Source: a virus (taxonomy: Duplodnaviria; Caudoviricetes). From it: 52,064 bases of DNA. The position numbers were made by a program, and so were the translations under genes. The DNA lies in the IMG/VR virus record IMGVR_UViG_3300021405_000018, positions 1-52,064 of that record. The stretch is one strand, 5' to 3'. The notes under the pieces are model-generated. The model was not told the origin of the DNA. It was given only the letters and a program-made list of their open reading frames with translations, and did not search any database. Below are positions 37,002 to 44,326 of the stretch, one piece after another. Position 1 is the stretch's first letter; each line of letters opens with the position of its first letter.

Positions 37002-37108
37002 GAGGGAACAGACATACAGGGACAAGACCTCATAAGAGGCCCCAGGATTCGAACCTGAACGCACCCGAAGGTGAGTATCAACCGATGTAACCCTGTACTA
37101 CACCACTT
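37002..37108 (-). ncRNA. Y-RNA-like gene 4 (T-arm-containing)
   Basis: AGTGGTGTAG-TACAGGG-TTACATCG...CCCTGTA-TGTCTGTTCCCT; internal CACC-TTCG-GGTG, CAGG-TTCGAAT-CCTG and GGCCTC/GAGGTC hairpins. Confidence 0.75.
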
Positions 37109-37287
37109 AAACTTGACTGGCGACGCCTTACGGGCGTCAATCGAGCGAAGATTTACCGTTTGCTTGAGTCTACGCTGTTGACCCACTCGACACGTAACGG
37201 CTTGTGGCTAGGGTATCGGCTTCCCCTTTGCAACTCTGCGCCCCGACACAAGGGCCTACCGAGAGTACGACGGTACTGCTGCAAATC

Positions 37288-37357
37288 TTTGGCGGGAACA
37301 AACGAGGACGGAAGGATTTCGACCTAAACGAAGTAACCGTACTCTTCACCACGCAAA
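37288..37357 (-). ncRNA. Y-RNA-like gene 3 (minimal)
   Basis: GCGTGGTGAAG-AGTACGG-TTACTTCG...CCGTCCTC-GTTTGTTCCCGC. Confidence 0.7.
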
Positions 37358-37395
37358 CCTTGGCCTCATTGCGGGGAGGTCCATCCTCGTAAGAC

Positions 37396-37455
37396 AAAAA
37401 GGAGTCACCAGGGCAGAGAGTTGGGGAAGACCTGCCACTGAGTCGTGTGACTCCG
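37396..37455 (-). other. Long hairpin followed by a T-tract (structured RNA or terminator)
   Basis: GGAGTCAC..CAG.GGCAG...CTGCC-CTG-GTGACTCC-TTTTT. Confidence 0.45.
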
Positions 37456-37461
37456 TAAAAC

Positions 37462-37530
37462 TGGCGGGACCCCACGGAATTGAACCGGGGTAGGAGATTC
37501 GCGAAAATGCTCCTAGTGCCAACACGTCCC
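37462..37530 (-). ncRNA. tRNA-like element ending in CCA (pseudo-tRNA)
   Basis: GGGAC/GTCCC-G-CCA, T loop GGTTCAATTCC, mini D hairpin GTG-TTGG-CAC, arm TAGGAG-13nt-CTCCTA. Confidence 0.6.
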
Positions 37531-37534
37531 AGTG

Positions 37535-37662
37535 TTGCGGCAACAAGCGATACGACGAACGTAAGTGCTCTAACCAACTGAGCTACATCCTTTCGGATGA
37601 CGGGACTCGAACCCGCGACCTCTCGCTTAGCAGGCGAAGTATGTCGTATCTTCAGCACGCAA
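37535..37662 (-). ncRNA. yrlA: YrlA-type Y RNA with circularly permuted tRNA domain (Y-RNA-like gene 2)
   Basis: Terminal stem GCGTGCTGAAGATACGAC/GTCGTATCGCTTGTTGCCGC; T arm GCGGGTTCGAGTCCCGT, then closed acceptor CATCC-GAAA-GGATG, then D arm TAGCTCAGTTGGTTAGAGCA. Confidence 0.88.
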
Positions 37663-37667
37663 ACTGG

Positions 37668-37763
37668 TTGGGGCAACAAGCAAGACGGCAGACAGTCGTA
37701 GCCAGGACTAGCCTGACATACGCCCGAATGGTGAGCGATGTAAGCCATCTCTTCAGCACCCAA
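37668..37763 (-). ncRNA. Y-RNA-like gene 1
   Basis: GGGTGCTGAAG-AGATGGC-TTACATCG...GCCGTCT-TGCTTGTTGCCCC. Confidence 0.75.
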
Positions 37764-38010
37764 AGGTGCAGGGTCTTTGCACGAGCCCACATTAGCACAT
37801 CCCCGCGAGGTCGGATGCCTTGTGGTACAAAGGCCCTGCCCTTTGAAGGCTGGGGACCCTTCCTGTTATCGAGTGGAAGGAACAAGCATCTCGCAAGCGC
37901 CGAGTGTAGGTGTCATCCACTCAGGCTTGAAGGGTGGGGCAACGGTTCGTTCCACTGGCCTGTTAGCGGGACGGGGGTACCATAGCAGTCAGCAGCGTTG
38001 CCCCATAAAG

Positions 38011-38418
38011 CTATGCTGCGTCCGCGTCATGTTCCGGGTAGTTCAGTACGATGGGATGCGCATTGAGATACTGCTCAATCGCCCGCGTCACCACTTCCCC
38101 AAGCACTCCAGTCCGAATGACCCCACCTCCACGATGCAACAGATACGACTGTAGCCTGTCATGGACTGCTTCGTCAACCGAAACATGAATGTACTTCCTC
38201 CCCTTCGCTGCTGGGTGCCCCATGTGTAACTCCCTTTGTGCCTCTAGCACGTTGATGCGACAGTGCAGTCGCGTAAACTCTTTCCAGTGATCGGAGACGA
38301 CATCCCTTGATGGACATGTCCGAACACTGTACCCACTTGCCGCCTTCAGGGCTAGGTCCATCGCTGCCTTGAGTGCGACCAGCTCCTCCGGCGACACGTT
38401 AAGCAGCATCCGCAGCAC
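38011..38418 (-). CDS. Protein with C-terminal ribbon-helix-helix-like segment (possible internal start at 38223)
   Basis: KYIHVSVDEAVHDRL...EVVTRAIEQYL. Confidence 0.5.
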   Translation of the reverse strand: MLRMLLNVSPEELVALKAAMDLALKAASGYSVRTCPSRDVVSDHWKEFTRLHCRINVLEAQRELHMGHPAAKGRKYIHVSVDEAVHDRLQSYLLHRGGGVIRTGVLGEVVTRAIEQYLNAHPIVLNYPEHDADAA

Positions 38419-38899
38419 GCTCCTCTTCTACCGGAGCAAGCAGTCCGTCGAGGACGCTGTCGCCGTCCGTCTCCCCCTTGTACTTCGCAATGAGAGCCGA
38501 GATACGCTGGGTGCCACGCAGCTTCGCCTGATCACCCTTGGACATGGCCTTGACAACCCCATCCGCTACTGCCGGTTCGATGCCCTTGAGCTCTGCCAGC
38601 GCACGTACCAGCGGAGTGTACTTAGGACCACCCTCGCCCAATAGGGACCATTTGCCCTCATCAGACGCATCGACAAGCGCATCGAACTTCTGGCATGCCT
38701 TGTCGGCATCGTCCGCACTGTTAATCGCGGCGAGCGCCTTCGACTTCGCGCCTGTGCTCGCATACCGATGGTAGAGGTCGTGGTCGGGGGCAACTGCCCA
38801 CACTCGTGTCTGTCCATTCGTGAATGTGAAGGTATGTGTGAATCCGCCATCGGCGTGGTGTTCTGTACTTACCTCAACTTTTGCCTGCTTTGCTGCCAT
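38399..38899 (-). CDS. Hypothetical protein
   Basis: GGAGG RBS; 166 aa. Confidence 0.7.
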   Translation of the reverse strand: MAAKQAKVEVSTEHHADGGFTHTFTFTNGQTRVWAVAPDHDLYHRYASTGAKSKALAAINSADDADKACQKFDALVDASDEGKWSLLGEGGPKYTPLVRALAELKGIEPAVADGVVKAMSKGDQAKLRGTQRISALIAKYKGETDGDSVLDGLLAPVEEERAADAA

Positions 38900-38900
38900 T

Positions 38901-39125
38901 TCATGCCTCCACTGGTTGTTTGCTTAACCACAAGCGTAACGTGTTGGTGCTACTGTAGTACCTTCCGTCAACCCATCCTACCCCTAAAGCATCTGCCATC
39001 AGGGTTACGAGATCTTTACGTTCTTGAACCTTTGCCTCGTCGGCGATGGTTATGAGAGCCTTCCCATGCTTCTGCAGGTCCCGTACCACGGTACAGGCAA
39101 CTACCACATCTTCAAGCTTTACCAT
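38901..39125 (-). CDS. Hypothetical protein
   Basis: AGGAG RBS. Confidence 0.5.
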   Translation of the reverse strand: MVKLEDVVVACTVVRDLQKHGKALITIADEAKVQERKDLVTLMADALGVGWVDGRYYSSTNTLRLWLSKQPVEA

Positions 39126-39603
39126 TCTGCTGCTCCTGCACTAACTTTTCCTGATATGCCCGCTCTAGGGCATCTCCTGACATGTCCTTGGCAATTTCCA
39201 GGGGATCAGCACTGTGCTTCTCCCGTTGCCACTCATCCCCATCTATTGCTGCCCTTTGCACGGCTACCTCAGGGGACATTACCCGATTCGAGATAGTCAA
39301 CATATCCTTACGTACCTTGAACACAAAGTACTTACTAGCCTTCTGTAAAGGATCGCCCAACGCATTGACCTGAAGCGACTCCTTCAAGCGCCATAGACGG
39401 TACTTCGTGTTCATGGCCTGATTGTCAGTGTCGAAGCGCATGGTTAGTTGACCGTGATCTGCGACATACTGAAGTGTCTCGAAGTCAATCGGCAGGAAGC
39501 GATCTAGTGCTGGCGGCTTCTTTGGGCTTCCCATCTTAAGTCTCCTGCTGTGTTGCCCCGTCACCTTTGAATCAAGTGTAGTAGAGAATTTCTTGTCTGT
39601 CAA
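39112..39603 (-). CDS. Hypothetical protein
   Basis: 163 aa ORF, first gene left of the AT-rich region. Confidence 0.55.
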   Translation of the reverse strand: MTDKKFSTTLDSKVTGQHSRRLKMGSPKKPPALDRFLPIDFETLQYVADHGQLTMRFDTDNQAMNTKYRLWRLKESLQVNALGDPLQKASKYFVFKVRKDMLTISNRVMSPEVAVQRAAIDGDEWQREKHSADPLEIAKDMSGDALERAYQEKLVQEQQNGKA

Positions 39604-39735
39604 TGGATTTTTTCAATGGGGCGCACTAGTTCGATAGATGCATTTATGAATTACTGCAATTACTGCGATGATACTATGAAACTATGACACTCAGCACCCC
39701 CCCTATACCCGGGTAGGGACACCTCCAAAAATATT

Positions 39736-39764
39736 TTTATATTTTTTCATTTACCCCTTGACAA
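39736..39764 (-). promoter_or_regulatory. Possible overlapping leftward sigma70-like promoter
   Basis: TTGTCA-17 bp-TATAAA sharing the palindromic CTTGACAAG. Confidence 0.4.
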
Positions 39765-39786
39765 GTAGAAAAAGGTGTGCTACTCT
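39758..39786 (+). promoter_or_regulatory. Sigma70-like promoter (rightward)
   Basis: TTGACA-17 bp-TACTCT with extended -10 TG and an AT-rich UP-like tract. Confidence 0.6.
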
Positions 39787-40022
39787 CCTTATATACAGTA
39801 GGAAATGTAGGAAGACCCATTGGTTATTCACTTTTAAATATTCAACAGCGGTGTAGTTGTAAAAATACAACAAAAATGGATGGGTAGGTCAGGGTATAGC
39901 CCTAGCCCGAGTGTCATAGTTTTATAGTTTCATTGCAGAAATTCTCTAGTTTTTTCCGAAATTTTCGTTTTCCCCCCAGGTTTGGCACCCTTTCAGGTGC
40001 CTACCCGTCAAAACAGCCTCCC

Positions 40023-40196
40023 CTAGATACCAAACAGCCGCCCAAGGCTTCCGAGCGAAGCCAGCAGTACCACAGTACCCACGACGAGGCCGACCTCCTG
40101 TACAGGCCCGTAGCGGCCCGAGCGGTACCTCATTTCGATCCAGGCAAGCAGCGAGAGCGCTGCCGCCACCCAACCTATCAGTTCCAGCACTCTCAT
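40023..40196 (-). CDS. Small 2-TM protein (57 aa)
   Basis: AGGAG RBS; MRVLELIGWVAAALSLLAW... Confidence 0.55.
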   Translation of the reverse strand: MRVLELIGWVAAALSLLAWIEMRYRSGRYGPVQEVGLVVGTVVLLASLGSLGRLFGI

Positions 40197-40205
40197 AGCC
40201 GTCTC

Positions 40206-40394
40206 CTATTCAGCCACCCTGTAGTGGCACAGTCCGTTGTTGATTAGCGCCTGAGCCATCCGGCCATACGCGCCCTGAAGAGCCCACACCTGTCCTGAGT
40301 CGATCAGTTCCTGGAACAGTTCGACCGTTGCGTCCTCGTCCAGGTCTCCACTCTCCCAGGCAATCATCCTTCCGAGTTGATCACGGCGTTCCAC
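40206..40394 (-). CDS. Small conserved-type early protein
   Basis: IAWESG.L.......LFQ.LID.G..W.LQG.YGR.A; GGAGG RBS. Confidence 0.65.
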   Translation of the reverse strand: MERRDQLGRMIAWESGDLDEDATVELFQELIDSGQVWALQGAYGRMAQALINNGLCHYRVAE

Positions 40395-40587
40395 GAGGCA
40401 CCTCCAGTTGTTCCAGTGTTGCCAGCTCGGCGAGCAGGCACTCGTAATCGACGGCAGTGAATGAGTGGATCGTTTCCAGAATCCACGGCTCAACCGGAGT
40501 CAATCCCTTGAAGGGGTAGACCAGTCCATCGGCGATCACGAGATAGTCGCCGCCCACTACACCCTGATACTCGATGTTTGCCATCAT
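40381..40587 (-). CDS. Hypothetical protein
   Basis: GAGG RBS; coupled. Confidence 0.5.
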   Translation of the reverse strand: MMANIEYQGVVGGDYLVIADGLVYPFKGLTPVEPWILETIHSFTAVDYECLLAELATLEQLEVPRGTP

Positions 40588-40742
40588 TTCACCTCATGAG
40601 TGATCACAACGTAGCAGTCAGGAAAGCGCCGCAGGGCCTCGCTGAGTGCTGTCGCCTCATCGCTCGCAGTGATGCGCACTTTGAACGATCCCTTTACTCC
40701 TGGCGTAGCCAGTTCCACGTCCCACCTCTTAACTGCTGTCAT
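40584..40742 (-). CDS. Hypothetical protein (52 aa)
   Basis: TGATG coupling; MTAVKRWDVELATPGVKGSFKVRITA... Confidence 0.5.
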   Translation of the reverse strand: MTAVKRWDVELATPGVKGSFKVRITASDEATALSEALRRFPDCYVVITHEVK

Positions 40743-41041
40743 CACATACTCCTTCCAAAGTCCTTGTGGGCGTCCCAGTCAATTGCTTCAGGGTCGAGTC
40801 CTGCGATATGTCCCGTATCCTTCTCCCCACTTGCAGCGGGCGCAGCCTCGATGTGCTCAAGGTACGCGGGCGTTGTGTTCCATGAGCCATCGTCCATTGC
40901 ACCCTTGACGCCATCGTCACGTAGTACCCATACATGGGTGCGGCTCGTCTTTGCGACCGTACCTGTGTAGGGGCCTTTCAGAAGCCCGCGCTCCTTGTCG
41001 GCCCGTGTCCTTACGCGGTCGCCGACCTTAAACTCCGACAT
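40742..41041 (-). CDS. SH3-like early protein with shared C-terminal motif
   Basis: FKVGDRV start; ends PEAIDWDAHKDFGRSM; GGAGG RBS. Confidence 0.65.
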   Translation of the reverse strand: MSEFKVGDRVRTRADKERGLLKGPYTGTVAKTSRTHVWVLRDDGVKGAMDDGSWNTTPAYLEHIEAAPAASGEKDTGHIAGLDPEAIDWDAHKDFGRSM

Positions 41042-41343
41042 ACGTCCTCCTTCCCTAACTTAAACTGCATTCCATCCTCGAATGGTTGCGTGCTGTGCTG
41101 CACGTTGTTCTCCACGTACCATTCACCCTTGTGCTGATAGACCCTGAAGCCGCTATTGCAGAACTGATTGGCGAACTGGTTCATCCGCAGCTTCGTTGTC
41201 GCCGTCCTCCACCCACCTGAGTCGAGCCGCACATACTGCCCTTCCTTGAGTGCGACAAGGGTCCCGTGATATGTGACCCCTACACCACGTGCCGTACTGC
41301 GCACGGTCGTCGCGCGCCCCCTACACCATTGGTTCTGTGACAT
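41011..41343 (-). CDS. Conserved-type early protein
   Basis: YHGT.V...L.SGGW.T.TTK.RMN...VYQ..G.WYV. Confidence 0.65.
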   Translation of the reverse strand: MSQNQWCRGRATTVRSTARGVGVTYHGTLVALKEGQYVRLDSGGWRTATTKLRMNQFANQFCNSGFRVYQHKGEWYVENNVQHSTQPFEDGMQFKLGKEDVCRSLRSATA

Positions 41344-41411
41344 CCCCACCTCCATGTTGTTTCCCTGTAAGACACAGGAGACTGGCCTCCACCAGTCCTA
41401 TGTGCCCTTTG

Positions 41412-42023
41412 TTAAAGGCTGTCGCCGATCTTGGGTAACCAGCTATTGAGTATCTTCAATGCTAGCTCACCCTGTTGAACGTGGTAATCCCGTAGAAACC
41501 CTGACTTGACATACACCTTATTCACAAGATGCGCCACCACGACCCAGCGTTCATCGTCGTCGTCCCATGGCTCGCCATTGGCCTTGTTTATGCGCGTATC
41601 AATGAGGGGGTCGATCTTGCGAAAGGCCGCAGTCTGGACCTTGTTCATGAACGCCGAGACCATCATATGGGCGAGGCCACTACGTGGGTTCATATCCTTC
41701 ATGTCGATGCCGGTGGACCACGATACCGTCTCATCTTCCCCTGACACCGCCATGTTCCCGGCCACGCCCATTGCGCTAATGACCGTAATGTCCGCTCCAC
41801 TCAACTCTGTGGGCATCTTGGGATGGCCGTGAATCACGAACAGGTCTTTGACGAGCCTGAACTCGTCAGGCAGATTGACGCCCGTCGCATCGCCTTCCTT
41901 CTCAAAGCAACGCCGTCCATCAGGCAGCAGGCCTATCGCCTTCTCCAGTCCCTTCGCATGCGCAAAGGTCTTGACATCCTGCATCGCTTCTTCAATGCCC
42001 CTATACTTCGGCAATTCGATCAT
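41412..42023 (-). CDS. JAB/MPN-like metalloprotein
   Basis: E...IHGHP.....LSGAD spacing of the JAMM motif. Confidence 0.5.
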   Translation of the reverse strand: MIELPKYRGIEEAMQDVKTFAHAKGLEKAIGLLPDGRRCFEKEGDATGVNLPDEFRLVKDLFVIHGHPKMPTELSGADITVISAMGVAGNMAVSGEDETVSWSTGIDMKDMNPRSGLAHMMVSAFMNKVQTAAFRKIDPLIDTRINKANGEPWDDDDERWVVVAHLVNKVYVKSGFLRDYHVQQGELALKILNSWLPKIGDSL

Positions 42024-42196
42024 GTCACTCTCCAGTGAGCGTTAATCAACATCATGGCAAAGCCATGCGCATGCCCTTGGGCATGAGATTGGCATCGCAG
42101 GGAGCCCGTGTCTATCGGGCGTTCCCACCACTCCCTACTCCTTCACCCTGAACGCCAGTACGGCAATGACGATGAACACAACGATGGTGTAGTCCA

Positions 42197-42388
42197 TCAT
42201 GCCTCCCCTAACAGCACACCTAGCGCGCGGTCCGCCATTGGCGCGAAGCCAAACATCTCAGCGAACTTGGCGGCGGTGTGAGCCTGAAAGTAGAACTCCA
42301 GAAGCGCCCATAGCAGTGCGAACACCAGTGCGGCAATGATCCGGTGTTGGTCTGTGGCGCTTGCGATAGCCTTGACGAGCTTATGCAT
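42197..42388 (-). CDS. Small membrane protein
   Basis: Hydrophobic segment. Confidence 0.45.
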   Translation of the reverse strand: MHKLVKAIASATDQHRIIAALVFALLWALLEFYFQAHTAAKFAEMFGFAPMADRALGVLLGEA

Positions 42389-42390
42389 GG

Positions 42391-42534
42391 TCAGGCATTA
42401 CCCTGAATCATCACTACCCACAGGCCGGTGCAGTCGCGCTCAAGCATGAAGGCCGTATAGCCGTCCTCCGCCAACATATCGACGTGATAGTTCGCCACAT
42501 CCGCACTCGCGTACGTTCCATAAACTTGCCACAT
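42391..42534 (-). CDS. Hypothetical protein (47 aa)
   Basis: GGAG RBS; MWQVYGTYAS... Confidence 0.45.
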   Translation of the reverse strand: MWQVYGTYASADVANYHVDMLAEDGYTAFMLERDCTGLWVVMIQGNA

Positions 42535-42617
42535 GATGGTTCTCCCGTCTCATTACCCGCCTATGGCGGTTCCCTGCGAAGGTGCAGGACCAAGCCTGTC
42601 GGCTTGGCTATGCGCCC

Positions 42618-42965
42618 TCACTCGTACACACCTACCTCCACAATCCCGTGGTACAGCACAGCTTTGAGCCCACGGCGTGCGGTCGTTTGCGCAAACGCGA
42701 TAGCGTCCACCTGACATTGGAACTCCACCTCATCCAACTGATCAGGCTCTTCAAACGGACTGTCCTCATCCGCTGGCTCGCACACCGTGACGACCCAATT
42801 CCCGACTCGCGCATCGACCGGTTCTACGTCCGGGACATCCTTTGCCCCTACCTCCGGTAGGCTCCCAGTGTAATGATCGTCCAGTCCATACCTATGCTGA
42901 TCCGCCTTAAGCTCGTCAATCTCGAAATGATCGAGCCCGAGCAATGCCGCATCATCGGCTCCCAT
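42618..42965 (-). CDS. Acidic early protein
   Basis: GGAGG RBS; Asp/Glu-rich. Confidence 0.5.
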   Translation of the reverse strand: MGADDAALLGLDHFEIDELKADQHRYGLDDHYTGSLPEVGAKDVPDVEPVDARVGNWVVTVCEPADEDSPFEEPDQLDEVEFQCQVDAIAFAQTTARRGLKAVLYHGIVEVGVYE

Positions 42966-43193
42966 GGCTATCCCCTCCTATACACCCACACATTCACCGC
43001 AAAAGCCAGCAGGCCTAACACCAGACCTGCGGCAACGATGATGACATCATGCATACAACCCCCAAAACATCATCATGTACCCCACGTACAAGCTGAACGG
43101 GTCCATACTCACCTCCTGATTTGCCTACCCCGCACCTGCGGTGCGCCTACAGGATGTAGGGGATAACCCATACGGGCTATCCTATGCAACCTG

Positions 43194-43520
43194 CTAAAGG
43201 AGCTTGAAGTACTCAGGGTCGAACGGTCCCCACACGCTGGCATTCGGTCCGACAAGATCCCCCTCGCATTCGGCGAGGTCGTACTGCGCAATAGCATCCT
43301 GGTCGAGCATGGCTGCAATCTTCCATGCCTTGTCCCGACTCCATCCACTGACGTGCGCAATGTACGTGCCCTCCACCTCCGTGCCCGGTTCGGGCAGGGC
43401 TTCCCTGTACTTGAGCTCCACTACCTCAAACCGCTCAAAGGCGTTGCGTATCTCATGCCTTGCGACATGCGCATCCGCCCCATTGTTGCGATTGAGCCCG
43501 ATATTGATCAATGCATGCAT
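43194..43520 (-). CDS. Early hypothetical protein
   Basis: NIGL...E.T.IA...L.QDAIA...G.LVGP...WG.FDP.YF pattern seen in phage early genes. Confidence 0.65.
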   Translation of the reverse strand: MHALINIGLNRNNGADAHVARHEIRNAFERFEVVELKYREALPEPGTEVEGTYIAHVSGWSRDKAWKIAAMLDQDAIAQYDLAECEGDLVGPNASVWGPFDPEYFKLL

Positions 43521-43984
43521 TTCCCATCCCCTATTAAATACGCCCTCACCATGAAGGCGCATTCAAAGGAAGAGCAAGGGTTTGTCCACAACACTCACAG
43601 ACAGGGGTTCTAATGCCTGCACTGCGGTGCGCCCTTGCACCTGCTCTGTACCATTGTCCCTAGTTGTTAAAGAGAGCAGCGACCTAGCCAGTACTACAAG
43701 GGATTCAACCTTCTGGCCTTCTGCTGCCAGCAACACATGTTCCGTTGCCTTGACTCAAGGTTAGGTCGCCCCATCGCAGCGTTCAAGGTCTTTTTGCTCA
43801 GGACAAACACCTAAGGGTTCATACCTATCTCTCTTGCATGGGACTGCCTTATGTATGCGAGTATGACGAATGCGTCGATTGCTCATACTCACACTAGCAG
43901 TTGTACGTAGGCATAAACCACTAGCCTTGCAGGCACGTTGCATGCAGTCTGTCGCGCTGTCTGCAAGGTCCATGCCCCCTCACG

Positions 43985-44035
43985 TAGGTATCCACCCGTA
44001 GGTAATCACCCCTAGGTAGAAACCCCCCCGGGGGG
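43985..44035. repeat. Three 14-bp tandem repeats followed by a C7G6 palindrome
   Basis: TAGGTATCCACCCG / TAGGTAATCACCCC / TAGGTAGAAACCCC. Confidence 0.6.
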
Positions 44036-44173
44036 CAACTGGATTGCGCGAAAACCGGGCTTTAGCACCATGGGGTGTAGCTGCGCACATGCACGCGAAT
44101 GTTGCAGTGCAACATGGCTACGCCACAAAATTTTTGCGCCCATGCTAGTATCGAGAAAGTTTAGGAGAGTGAT

Positions 44174-44326
44174 ATGACCCTACTTGATCGTGTAGCCCTG
44201 ATGGACTCGCAGGGAATCGACCGGGACACCATTGCGCATGACCTCATGCTCACACGCGAGATGGTCGATTGGCTCATGGACTCCGACTCCTTCGCCGTGG
44301 TGAGAGAGCGCTATGAAGATTCTTGA
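44174..44326 (+). CDS. Small HTH-like protein (50 aa)
   Basis: AGGAG RBS; G.DRDTIAHDL.LTREMV. Confidence 0.55.
   Translation: MTLLDRVALMDSQGIDRDTIAHDLMLTREMVDWLMDSDSFAVVRERYEDS

Larger units (their letters stand above)
39658..39943. repeat. 35-bp imperfect inverted repeats bounding an AT-rich core
   Basis: 39658-39692 versus reverse complement of 39909-39943: 31/35 identical; inner CTATACCC/GGGTATAG pair. Confidence 0.85.

Noticed and set aside
37000-37770. Repeated motifs as a CRISPR array
   Set aside because: Units are self-complementary stems with irregular spacing and degenerate sequence, not identical direct repeats with uniform spacers; no cas operon
37170-37985. ORF-track ORFs across the RNA cluster (e.g. 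37170-37790, 37641-37985)
   Set aside because: No RBS or protein motifs; the sequence is better explained by RNA structure
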